This document shows positions 12,273 through 24,891 of a DNA stretch of 64,000 nucleotides, piece after piece. Source of the DNA: Selaginella moellendorffii (lineage: Eukaryota > Plantae > Lycopodiophyta); assembly GCF_000143415.4 (NCBI RefSeq), contig NW_003314304.1, forward strand, positions 192,169-256,168, written 5' to 3'. A model generated the notes under the pieces. That model had not been told where the DNA came from. It made no database searches and saw only the letters and a program-made list of their open reading frames with translations. A program made the position numbers and the translations under genes. The first letter of the stretch is position 1. Each line of letters starts with the position of its first letter.

Positions 12273-15104
12273 AAGAGTTCATGGAGTCAAGTCCTTTCTC
12301 TGTACTGAAAACTCCACATGCTTCATGTTTGCCGAAGAGGTACACGCTTTACAGTCCGAATTTCTTTTCTTTTCTTTTTCCGAACCAGATTTTTTATTTT
12401 TTATCTTTTTTTTATAGATTTTCTCGTATGAAGCAGCTCTTTCGATAGGTGAAATTCTGCGCGGCAACCTCAAGAATGAGGGTAAAGAGTTCTTTACTCC
12501 ATCAGCAATGTTTCCGCTTAATCATGCACCGTTTCCTTTTCATTGTTCTATGTAGGCGCTCTTTGCATTGCGGTTTGGATTCGTTTTAAAGCAATGGCAT
12601 GCTGACAAAAACAAGAAAACAAGCAAAGCACTCGTGTAAGATTCGAAGTTTTTTTCCGTTTAGACGGTTTTTACTGTATCAGAGATCGATGCCGGTAGTG
12701 ATTCTTGATCTCCGCCAGTGGAAAATGTGCGTGGTTCCTTTCTTTTGGTTTCTTTTGTTCTCGCTGCTGCTTGACTAACCATCCATTGGTTTCCTTCTTC
12801 GTCGTTGTTTTATGTAGGTGCTCTTTGCATTGCGTGGTCCGGGCTGGCATAAAATTGACGACAATGAACGATAAGAGCAAGGACATGCTGACAAGAAAAC
12901 AAAGGCAGGAGAGAGAGAAAAAAAATAGTTTGACAAGATAAAAATGAAAAAAAATAAAAAGACCAGGAAAACGGGAGCGAGCGAGCGAGCAACAGTGACA
13001 TAAAGTAAAAGCGGGTGTAGATTCTAAGTAAAAATAGTAAGTTATCAGCTCTTTTTTTTCGTCTTTTATTCGCGCTCGAAAAGACATTTAGCATTTTTAA
13101 TCTAAAATCCCTTCTAGAAGACCGTGAATGAGGTTTTTTTCCTCCCTTTTTTTTGTTTTTTTGCACCTACTACACTCAATCAAAAGATGAGAGAGTAATA
13201 AACTGATGGAAAATACTTATTGCTCAAATGATCGAAAAGAATAGTATTAGGCACCATTGTTTCGTTGTCATTAAATTATACTAGTCTTTCACGTGGCCAC
13301 TTGAGAACAACAAACTAATCCAAAGCTGCGTGCATTTTTCTCGACTTTTTAAATCTTGGAGGCTACCAAGTCGTAGTCGATGCATCCAAAAGTATGATTA
13401 GATGCTGCACTTAATATGCTAGTGTCTTAGATATTTTTTTCCTTTTTTTTTCATAAACTCCGGAATCCACTCATGTTGTTAGTTATATTTCAGATCAGGG
13501 CATGTGCAACAGGGTATTTCGAGATCTACAAAATAGTATTTATTTGCATTGTTTTTATTCCAACACATAGTGCCTACGTTTTAAGGCATCTTTCCACTAA
13601 TGGTAAGAAAATGGTAGAAAGGTGGCGGCATTCAATTCAAGCTACAACTTTCCGCGATCAGAACCCTTTAAACTTTAGAAATTTTACTATTGAACTGTGT
13701 TTTTTCTTTGCCAACTTTAGCTCGAAAGAAAGGTGGCGAAGCTCGGTAAAACCACACCATACCTTGTACACGCAACTCTACTCGTACACCTACCTCGCAA
13801 CAACTTTGCACCTGTAACCTTTGATTTTTTATTTAGAAAATACTAAGAAAATAAAAAGTTACAATATTTTTCTTTGGGAGACGCACTCACCGTTTTTTTT
13901 TCTATTTCCGTGTATCTTATTTGGATTTTGTTACAAGCACCAAGCTTGGGGCCAGTAAGGTATACAAAAAAATTCTCCCCACCAAACCAGCAATATATAA
14001 GCAATTGAGTAAACAATTACAACTGTTTTGAGGAAAAAAAGGGCAGTTTTTTTAATCTCTGGCATTTTGTGTTGCTTCTCCTTTGGGATGTGTTTGTTGA
14101 CAGGCATGGCTTTTTCCTGCTCCCAACAAAAAAAAAACCACACAGAACTGCACACACAGATCCAAGGGAAACCTACAGGAAGCAAAGGTGTGTTTTTTTC
14201 ATCATCTTTTTGGCTTTGGGTACCCTTTTTTTTTTTTTTCTGGCTAAGTTGTTGTTTGTCCATTGCATCTTTGCTTTGAATCCAATCCTTCCTTCCCTTT
14301 TTTTCTTCTTCCAGCTTTTTTTTTTCTTTTAGGTCCTACCTAGCTGCTAGGCTAAGCTAAAGTAGTGGCATGGCATTCTGTGTGATTTTTTTTTTTTTCC
14401 TGCCAAAGTTTTTTTTTTTTTTTTTCATTTCTTATGCTTAAAAATAAGGCAACCCAAAAGCTTGTGAGCACCAAGCTCTTCTTGGCTATGGCAGTAGCAG
14501 CAGCAGCAACAACAAGAAGAAAAGATGGCGTAACAATTTTTTCGTGATCAAGGGCTCCAATCTCTGGATTTCCCTGTGCATTTTTTGCTGCTTGGCTACA
14601 TAGTGTGTTTTACCTTCTTCTTCCTCTCCTCTTTTTTTTTCTTTGGAGTTGGAGTTCCTCAAGAAATTTCATGTGGGTTTGCGCTGCGCATCGCCATCGC
14701 GCCCTCTCGGCGCCTCGCAAGAACCAGGGGCCCTGATTGACATCGCCAGTGATCGATCCATCCATTATCTCGTTTGCCCAGGTGCGTGAATCGCGGCCTT
14801 AAAACCTCGGGCGCCCGTGTGATTGTTTTTCTTTTTCTCGTTGTCTGGAGAGATTAGGGCGACTCCTGTTGCTGGAGATCGATCTCCTCCATCCTTTCCT
14901 GCTTGGTTTGATCGGCTTCTCCCGCCCGCTAGATCGACGCGCAGAGAATGCAGATCCTTGAATTCTCTCTCCATTCGTTTTGAAAAATACCTATGTGCGG
15001 TTTGCTCCTTTGAGAGTTTAGCGTGTTCTTTCTTCCATCAAAGTTTAAAGTGTGTGTCCTTCCTCTCCTCCAAGTGTGTGTTCTTCCATCCAAAGTTCCT
15101 TGCT

Positions 15105-15120
15105 TCCTCGCTCTCGCTCG

Positions 15121-15157
<37 letters not shown>
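15105..15157. repeat. (CT)n-rich microsatellite upstream of the ZF-HD gene
   Basis: ctctcgctcgctctctctcgctctctctct... run seen directly. Confidence 0.9.
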
Positions 15158-15210
15158 AATCTTTCCTCTCTTTTATTAATGCGAGAACTTTGCTCACAGA
15201 TCCAGCGCGC

Positions 15211-16400
15211 ATGATGGATGATACGCAAAATGTGGTATGTTCTCCAAGTTTCTTGGATCGTTTGCTTGTTTCCTTGCTTTATCTCTTCTTCTTCTTTGCC
15301 AATTGAATCACAACCCTTAAGAGAAAATTTCGCTTTTGCCACAGCACGAAGATAACAAGGAGTCGCCAAAGCTGCTCGAGACCTCCAACCTTGTTCGCCT
15401 GGATCACCAGCAGCAGCAGCAGCAGCAAAACCTCCACCAGCAGCTCGCCAAATCCATCCAGTTCCACTCCAAAGTCATGGACGTGCTCGTCGCCTACGGC
15501 GCGTGCAAGCGCAACCAAAACCACACCTCCGCCACCCCGGTGCTCGACGGCTGCATGGAATTCTCCTCGAGCTTCAAGGGCGAGCGGAAATGCGAGGCCT
15601 GCGGCTGCCACCGGAGCTTTCACGAGCGGATCATCCTCATGCGCGATCAAAACGGCACGATCAGCTGCGCCTCCCAGATGGTTCCTCCGGAGATCGGAGC
15701 TCCCTTCCAGCGGAAAGAAGCGGATCATCCTTACTTAACAAGCGCCGCGGCCGCGGCCGCCGCCGCCGCCGGCATGATCAACGTAAACTCTAACTCCTCC
15801 GCTGCCGCCAGCAAGCGGAGGAAACTGGACGAGTTTTGCAGCGACGATGGCGGTGGCTACTCGGATCTCATCCGCTCCACCTCGCCGCCATCCTCTGGGG
15901 CGATCATTCTCAACCCGAGCCAGCAGCCACTGCCGCTCCAGAGCCTGGAAGTGATCGATGGCGAGGTCAAGAGCAGCAGTGGCTGGCTGTGCGAGGCCGA
16001 CAAGGAGAAGCTGCTGGGATCGTCCTACAAGAAGATCCACCACCACGGCGACTTGGGCTTCGCCGCGGCCGCCAACCCGGCCGCCCCGCCCGAGAAGCTG
16101 GCCTCGTTCTTCGAGAGGCTCCAGAAGGAGCACCCGGAGTCGCCGCTCAAGCTCGAGTTCGTGGATGGAAGCTGGCGGGTCTTGTGTGGAGTTTGCGCGA
16201 GGTATTTGCGAGCGGACAAGAAGGGGGAGACGCTACACAACATCCAGAAGCAGCACTTCGTCACGCCCAAGCACATAAGCAACCTCAAGGCCAAGCTGGA
16301 AGCTCCCGACGAGATGGAGTTTTGGCTCAAAAGGATGGCCAAGTTGAGGGAGAAGCGAGCGCAGCAGCGAGCACAGCCTCGTTTCATCACTGCTGGGTGA
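15211..16400 (+). CDS. ZF-HD dimerisation-type zinc-finger protein lacking a homeodomain, with a C-terminal C2H2-like finger
   Basis: Exon 1 MMDDTQNV (15211-15234) is spliced to 15345. YGACKRNQ....PVLDGCMEF......KCEACGCHRSFHER matches the ZF-HD motif (Y.EC.KNHA...DGCGEF...CAACGCHRNFHR). Poly-Q and poly-A tracts follow, then the C-terminal WRVLCGVC...QHFVTPKH. Confidence 0.85.
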
Positions 16401-16804
16401 TCGATCAGGGATGGATGATCTTCCAGAGATTTTTTCTTCTTTTCCTTTTTGAATGATTGCGGTTAAAGGTTGCAAGCTTTGCTAGCTTCCTAGCTCTTCT
16501 TTTTATCACCGCCCATCGCCCAGGTAGTGTTCGTGCTCTTTTCCTCTTCTTGTGCTTACGTTGCTGGTAATAGTTATAATAATCTTTGGACTAGATCACT
16601 TGTTTTGGCTCTCCAGATCCGATCCAATCCATCCAATACCAACATTCTCATACTTGTTTATTAACCCAAGATTAAGTTAAAAAAGATTTCTTTCGCCCTC
16701 GTATCATCACATAAAGAACGAAACGGTCAATGTATAGATAGAATTTACATTTCACAGTTAGACTCAATGATTTGCTTGTTCTCTTCTCCTTGTTGTGTTC
16801 TTCG

Positions 16805-17991
16805 CTATACCTCAGGGAAAATGCAGTATTTCTCCTGTTTCATTGTGCCGCCGAAGGCAGGATCAAACTTTAGCTTGTAGAAAGTGGAATTCCGGCAGGC
16901 GACAAGAATGGTATAGGGTTCTTTGCTGCTGAAAGTTACCACGGCGTGGGACTTTGTCTTGAGCTGAAATTGGGCAAACGACCACTGGGAGCTAAAGTAG
17001 CTCGGGAGAACACCTGCATGGACGTGATCAATACTTGTACGACAGTGAAGTTTCCAAGATGATCTTACCTCTCATGAAGGAGAGTGACGAGGTTGGATTC
17101 GTGGCTGTCACTTCGTGATTTGAGGCGGCCGAAGAGTTTGAAGTCGTGGAAGAATCCGGGACGTTTACCTTGAATACGTGAATTGTGCATTTGTCACTGG
17201 TGAGCGCCAGCCAGTGATTGTCCGGAGAAAATGCCATGCTCCAAATCTCGGCTTTGTCTTTGCCTCTTCGAAGCTGGAGAAACCACAAAAAGAAAACTTA
17301 TAAGTTGCCCGTCAACTCTTTCAGGGGACATGTTTCTTACCTCTTGAAGCTTCTCCCCCCAGCCAGTGGAGATCGAGTAGATCTTCACGACCGTCCCCTT
17401 GATGCTCGCAGTGGCGAGGAATCGACCATTCTGGCTGAGTGCCAAGCACGAAAGTGTGTTTGCATGAGCGTTGATCGAGAAGGGATGCCTGTGAGCAGCG
17501 TGAATACGAACCTCGCCCTCCGAGAGCCCCGGAATCGCGAGAACGTATCCGGGACTTAGGGCACACACTCCTCGAAGGTTGCAAGTGGTGACGCTGCGGT
17601 ATATCCTTGAGGTCTCGTTTGCCTTGACGTAAACATGTAGCTCCACCTTGTTTTGCATCACAATCGCCACAGCATCGCCCGAGACCTTGATCGCCAGGAC
17701 TTGAGACGCGCAATTGTACGAGTTTGAGGAGATCCTGCCCTGGACCTCGTCCCAGATCACCACCCTTTTGTTGTCATCCAGTGGGAACTTGCCGCCACCC
17801 AAAAGGAAGAGCCTCAGATTGTCCTCCATCTCAGCGATGGCGAGACCCTTTGCGAGCTTTGGGTTCCTCCCAAAAGCGAGTTTGAGAGGATCACAGTCGT
17901 AAACCTCGACACCATCGTTGCAAGCGCAAACAAAGCGAGTGCTATCGTGATTGAATGCAACGTGTTTGTAGTAATCGTCCTTCTCCCCCAT
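16805..17991 (-). CDS. ATG18: Autophagy-related protein 18 (PROPPIN WD40, LRRG motif), 3 exons
   Basis: AFNHDSTRFVCA...YDCDP, VVIWD, INAHANTLSCLALSQNGRFLATASIKGT, LQE|LRRGKDKAEIWSMAFS, TSDKCTIHVF, SSLSFMRG|VLPSYFSSQWSFAQF...FDPAFGG. Confidence 0.92.
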
Positions 17992-18151
17992 AATCTCCTT
18001 TTTCAAAAGATGTTTCTAGGGCTCCTCCCTTAAATAGAATTATTTAGGCTTAGGGTTTAATATGCCATGTGGATATACGATGGCATTGCTGGCAGTGACG
18101 TGTATAGCAGCGAGGCTTGACATGTGGCGGATGGAGGTTTAGGGTTCTTGG

Positions 18152-21100
18152 ATGCGAAGAAGGGCATTCTTTGCGAGGTTTTTCGCGACAGAGAATCGGG
18201 GCTTTGCGCCGGAGCGATGCCTCAAAGAGGAGATGCTGGGTGTTTACACGCGAGCCAGCGGGCGGCTGGGGGATCTGGAGGGAATGATGGGCGGCGCTGG
18301 GGCGGCGGAGACGGTGGTGCCGTGGACGGCGATGGTGGCCGGTCTTGTTCGCCAAGAGCTCTTCCGCGATGCCATTCTCGTGTTCCGGCAAATGCAGCTC
18401 CAGGGTGTAGCGCCCAACCGCGTGACGATCATGACGGCGCTCACTGCCTGCCTCAATCTCGCGTCCCCGCCGCTGCTCCGCCTCCTCCACTCCATCGCCG
18501 CCGACGCCCAGCTCGCCACCGACATCGCCATCGCCACCTCGCTGCTCAACATCCACGGCAAGATCGGCAGCCTCGCCGCGGCCAAGGAGATCTTCCACTC
18601 CATGGAGATCAAGTCCGTGATCGCCTGGACAGCGATGATGGCCGCGTGCGTCCACCACCGCGAGAATCGAGAGGCGCTCGTGTTCTTCCGGAGAATGCTG
18701 CTGGAACACTCGATCGCCAACACGATCACCTTCGTCACCGTGCTCGGTGCTTGCGGCAATTGCCGCGAGGGGGCATCTGTCCACAAATGGATGATCGAGT
18801 CTGGAATCTCTGCCAGCAGCGTTTTCGCGAGCACCGCGATCGTCACGATGTATGGACGATGCGGTAGCGTGGATCACGCGAAAGAGGTGTTTGATTCAAT
18901 CGCGGAGAAGAATTTCATCTCGGGAACGCTATGGTGGCAGCATTTGCCCAGAACCGGCATTGTGCTCACGCTTTGGCGATGGTGCGCTCCATGGATCTCG
19001 AGGGACTCCACCCCGATCGAGTCACCTGGCTGAGCGTGCTGGGCAGCGTCGCGGAAATCGATCTCCGTGATGGGCGATGGATCCACTCGCGGATCCTGGA
19101 CAGCGGGATCGAGCTGGATTTCGCGCTGGGGACGGCACTGCTCAACATGTACGCCAGGAACCACAGCCTCGAGGAGGCGCTGTGGATCTTTCGCCACGAG
19201 ATGAGCTCGCGGAGCTCGATCTCCTGGAACACAATGCTGGCAGCATCCGCGCACATTGGCGGCGAGGGCGTTTTTCTCGATCTCCTCCGCGAGACGAGGC
19301 TCGAGGGAGTGATTCCGAGCGAGGGGGCGATCGTCGCGTGTCTCGGTGCTTGCGCCAGCACGATCGGGGAGGGAGAGATCGTTCTCTCTCACGCGAAGGA
19401 GCTGGGGATTTGTATGAAGAGAGCTCTTCCAGCTACTGCAGCAGTGACGTTCTTCCGGAGATCTGGGAGGCTGGCGGCGGCGAGAGAGATCTTTGATGGT
19501 GTGGAGGAGGATGAGAGGGATTTGCCGCTGTGGGGGACGATGATCGCCGGCTACGCCGATGATTTCCAGCTCCGCCCCGCGATGGCACTGCTGCGAGGGA
19601 TGCAGCACTGCGGTGTTCTTCCCAGCAAGGTGGTGATCGTCGCCATGATCAACCTCTGCGCGGCAGTGTCGGATCTTCGCCAAGGCGAGATTTTCCGCGC
19701 TTTGTTCGTGGAGTCCTGTGGGATCGATCGAGAAAACTCGGCGGTGGTGGCCAACGCGCTTGTAGATATGTATGGGAAGTGTGGAGCGTTGTCGCTCGCG
19801 AGAAAGCTCTTTCGAGAGATCCCGGAGAAGGACTCGGTGTCTTGGAACTCAATCGTATCAGCGCTTTGCGATCATGGTCGGGGACGAGAGGCTTTGGAGC
19901 TCGTCCGGGAGATGATGCTCGAAGGCATGGCGTCTAGCAGCGTTGGATTCCTCGCGGTGCTGAGCTCCGGATCTCTGGAGCTTCCGGAAGTGAAGACTTT
20001 CGAGGCGATCTTGATGGAGCTCGGCATGGATGAAAACTCTGCCACCTCGCTCGTCACCGGCTATGGGAAGTGTGGAAATTTGGCAGACGCGAGAAGGGTG
20101 TTTGAGGAGACGATGATCGATCACAGGGTGGTGGCGTGGAACTGTTTGATATCGATCCACGCTGAGAACCGCGAGCTCCAGCGAGCTCACAGGACGTTTC
20201 TCGAGATGCTTCTCAGCGGAGTGGCTCCGGAGAGGATCACCTTCATTGTGATCTTGAGCGTTCTGGTGGAGAGCTCCGGACAGGATTTGCGATCGCTGGA
20301 GCTCGTCCGCGCTTGCATTGCCGAGGCCGGCCTGGAGACCGAGCTCGTTGTTGGAAACGCTCTCATCAGCGCGTTTGGAAAGTGCTCCAGCCCCGGCAAC
20401 GCTCGAGAGATCTTCGACGCTATGATCGAGCGCAACAAAGTCTCGTGGACTGCGATCATCGCTGCGTACGCTCACAGCCACCATGGCGCCATCGCCAAGC
20501 TGTTCTTCCGGCGAATGCTGCGCCAAGGCGAAGAGCCCGACCGAGTAACCTTCGCCACCATTCTCTCCACTTGCACCACCGCCGCCGCTCTCGTCGAAGG
20601 CAAGCGCTTCCACGCTCTGCTCGCCGAGCGCCCGGCGATGGAGATGGATCCCGTGGTGGTCTCGGCGCTCATCCACATGTATAGCAAGTGTGGAAGCCTC
20701 GAGTCCGCGAGCAAAGTTTTCGATCGTGGACGGAGCTTCTTGCTGCAAGAGAACTTGCTGGTGTGGACGTCCGTGATCTCGGCCTATGCTCACCACGGCG
20801 ATGGCGAGAGAGCTCTCAAGCTCTTTGCGCGAATGCAGCAGGCTGGATTGCGAGCCGACGGCGTGACGATACTGAGCGTTCTCTCGGCCTGTGCCAAGGC
20901 CGGGATGCTCGAGACCGGGATCCAGTTCTTCGCGTCTATAGCTCGGGATCACTGCCTGGAGGTGACTCTGGAGCACTACAGCTGCTTGGTTGATCTTCTG
21001 GGACGAGCGGGAGAGCTCAGTGCTGCCCAGGAGCTCGTCCGGAGAATCCCCGACGCCAGAGCTTACGTGAGCTTCTTGAGCTCGTGTAGTGTTCAAGGAG

Positions 21101-21207
21101 ATGTTGAGCTGGGAAGAGTGGCGGCGGAGAATGTGAGTGTTTTAGATCCAAGCATCTCCGCTGGCTACGTTGTTCTGTCCAATTTGGTATCAGGGAAACT
21201 GCCATGA
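18152..21207 (+). CDS. PLS-class PPR protein with E domain, 1-nt frameshift near 18921
   Basis: Two consecutive PPR ORFs (18152-19033 and 18931-21207). The junction atctcg-ggaacgct would read ISWNAMVAA if one T were restored. The protein ends with EHYSCLVDLLGRAG...SAGYVVLSNL. Confidence 0.9.
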
Positions 21208-21719
21208 ACTCAAAAGATCGTCTTCGCCATAGAGCAATCACCGATGTCGATCGATTCTACTCGCCTCTGGAGCTTTCTCCAGCTCCGGTCTTGTACCGGT
21301 CTTGATTCCTAGAAATCTTTAGAGCATCCACACTTCCATTCTCTTTACCGTTCAATCTTTCTCTTTCACCAACACTGTGGTCCGATACCCGCGTTTCTCC
21401 TTCAATTCCGAGCCCATTCGGAATACCAGTGTTAGACACTTTTTACTTTGGTGCAATCTTAATGTCCCTTAATCTTAATTACTTACTGTCCCTTAGGGTG
21501 CTGCTCTATATCTCTTTGCCTTACCTCTTTCGCCACAATGTCTAGTGGCTTTCATTTTCATTTGATTCCTCCCTTGTGTGCCATGCCATAGCAAGGAATC
21601 CAATGCTGATGCCAAGCCTCAAATTGTCTCCTCACTTGCCATGGTCCTGTAGCATTGTCTCCTTGAGTTGTACTGCCACTAGCATGATTAGATTTTCTAC
21701 TTTGGACTCAATGGTCTCC

Positions 21720-24400
21720 AGGGATCGTGCTAAAACTGCAGAATTTTTTTTTTAGAAGGCATTGCTATAATCTGTAAATTACATTTGAAGATTGTTGAGT
21801 AGGTTAAATTACTTTTTAAAGATATTATGATTAATCATTAAAGTCATTTCAAGGATTATACTATAAACTGTAAATGTTAGCTTTATAGTATCTTTTATTT
21901 TTTTATTTTGAAATATTTCCTTTAGGTTTACATTATATGTAATTATTGCAAGTATGTCTAAACTTTGAAGGGGGACTTCATTCATTTTTTTTCGAAAGGC
22001 TGAGATTAAATATTCATATCATATTGCAAGGTTTAAAAAAAATCAAAATTTTAAAGAAAAATAGAAAATATCAAAATAATATATATGTCAGTTTATTACA
22101 TTTTATAGTGGATTAATTTATGATAAAAATATAAATAATTTTTTAAAAGTATTATGATAAAATCGTATTATTTGATAAAATATATATTAAATTTATTCTA
22201 TCCAAAATCTACTAATTATAATGTAGAACAACACATTGATACTACTATTAAACACATAAAAGTTATCATTAAATTCAGTTATTTATTACCCTTCAACCTA
22301 ATAAAAGTTTTGAAAGTAGCCATTTATTTTCAAATTTTTTCTTTATACATTGAGTATTTTAATGAAAGGTCACTCAAAATTTTAATATTTATTTAATAAT
22401 ATTTGAGAGTAAGTGGAATCTAATTGAGAGAGTTTTAAATTACTTAAAGAATTTCTAAACTACTTAAAAAGTGATTGAAATTTTTCTGTGTAAATTAAGT
22501 TGTTTTTGAGGGTACTGGGAGAATGAAAATAGTGCCCCTTTTCAAAGTGGAGAGACAATGAAAATGATATATGGGAAAAGATTTGAAAAATTATTTGAAG
22601 AGTTGAAATCTAAAGATTTATTTGCTCTGATATTTTTTGCTCACGATAGTGAGTTTTTTATCTATATAATATTGCTAGAACAAAGTCCTTATAAATAAAA
22701 TTTTTTATACTATTATTTTAACACTCAGTTGGGTTTTAAAAATCTTTTAAATATATTTAAGAAAAAATAAAATTAGATGACGGTCTTATCTTTTTAAATA
22801 TTTATTACACTATTTAAAACATTTTCAAAAAAATATTAAAATATTGATACAAGAAAATATCTTTACAAATTTAAATACCTTTAAATTTTTACACTATAGT
22901 CAATAAATAAATCTTATATATATGACTAATTAATTTAAATAACATTAAATATAAGGTTTCATTATAAAAAATAAATTTTAATGAGTCCTTCTTTAGCAAC
23001 AAGGCTTGATAAATAAAAGCAAAAGTGAGTGATGTGCCTTGTCTAAAATATTTATTTCAAATTTTTTTGTAAAATTAAAATTACTTTTAGATTTACAAAA
23101 TAAAACATTATGTAAATTAAAAATACATAGAATATCATAACAAAATAATAATTTTTTTCTTGCATTTTATTTATGCTAAGTTTTACTAATCATTTGATAA
23201 CATAAGAAACATTTGCACAAGAACTCTTCACTACTCATATGATTCCTCATTTCCTAAAAGCATCTTAGTGTCTAGATATTTCATTGCAGCAACACTAACA
23301 AGATGATGTTAATGCCAAGGTCTTCACCTAGGAAATAAAGGCTACTAATCTAAAAAACATAACATATTTAGATTTGCATGAAACAAAAGGCTTAAGAAGC
23401 AAACACTAAACTGCATTATTAACTTATATGGCTTTTGATGAAGATAATATAATTATTGAAAAGTATCATCATAATTGTCAATATGTCTAGATGCATAATT
23501 GAAGATATCTATGAGAATGCTCTAACCCACATGAATGGTTGTACTTAAAACATTGTACCATTGTAATGCCATCCCTTGAAGACATGTGGGAAACTCAAGC
23601 AAACACTAATTATCATCCTAAGAATGGTAAGTGGTCATCATCATAAAGTGATTAAAGTAATGTTACATATCATCTTTAAGATCCCTATAGAAAAACTTTG
23701 GCTAGATGTGAGAATTGGTAATAAAAGTAGGAGGAATTGTACTTTGCATCATAAATGCCACTATTAATTGAGTCTGATTGTTCAATTACACCCACATAAT
23801 ATTGAATAATTACATTAATTGCTACTCTAGAGTCAAAAAAGGAGAAGGCTATTGCTTTACCATGAAAATGAATAAAAAAGAAAAAAAAACATAAGAGAAG
23901 AAATTAAATAGGTTTCAAGAAAAATAAGATTTAGATAATGCAAAAGTTAGATTTAAACTAAAGGCCCAAATGTAAACACTTTTCTAAGGACAATTAAAAT
24001 TACCACTCTCTTTCACCAATGTGAGTATATAAAATATAGAAATGAAATGTAGAAATGTATATATCAATTAGCCCAAAAACTTTAGTTTATATATAGAAAT
24101 TAGTAGTCTGGATTGAAATCAATATGAAAACTATCAAAATTCCACTATACTAATATTAATATATAGTATTATATGACCTCATATAAAGAGTTAAATTTAA
24201 TTTAGTTTTTAAAATATTATCATTGCTAGAATGAAGATAAACTTTTTCACACAAGAAAAATTGCTTATATATGAGGTCAGTAATAATCTCAGTGTTTGTG
24301 ATATTAGCCAAAGACTGATCTCAGTGTATATGAAAACCATGACTTGGATGGAGCTTTCAATTTTTTTAATTTTACTTCTCACATATATAAGATCCCCAAG
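21720..24400. other. Very AT-rich, CpG-poor intergenic block, probably a decayed transposon
   Basis: Abrupt compositional shift and no credible ORFs; family not identifiable by eye. Confidence 0.4.
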
Positions 24401-24891
24401 GTTGATATATATAGATTAGAGTGGCAAACTTCTCAGTGTAGAGATTGTTTGAAGTAACAACCAATTTTTCTTTCTTGCGATGAAGATTTCTGAAGTCTTG
24501 TCCAGGAAGAAGAGCATGTTTTTTTTTCCTTCTTGTCCAGGAAGAGCTCCACTCCGAGATGTCGCGTTCTCAAACGTTTCCAGAGAGAAACACTGGAGAT
24601 GATTAGATGATTGCAGATCTTCACTGTGCACACCTCGAAGCATGCCTGGAATGAAGAAAACACTTGGCGGAGGGGAAAAACGGATGGATGAACAATGGGC
24701 TGCCAAAACATGTTTTACACTCTTTTGTTCTGGGCTATGGCTGTCTTGGCTGAGGGGGAGTGTTGGGTATAGCCAAGAGAACGGATATATAAGACCGAGA
24801 ATGGAGCACCAAGGAACAAGCAAGAGTATATAGAGAGAGTGGCCAATCGACAAAACAGAGGATATTCTCGAGAATTCTAGGTGCTTTGGGC

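Noticed and set aside
13900-14700. Possible miRNA hairpin in the T-rich region upstream of the ZF-HD gene
   Set aside because: No conserved mature miRNA recognised and no long fold-back seen by eye; RNAfold and small-RNA data would be needed.
21257-21720. Moderate-GC minus-strand segment as a gene
   Set aside because: Short interrupted frames with no recognisable homology.
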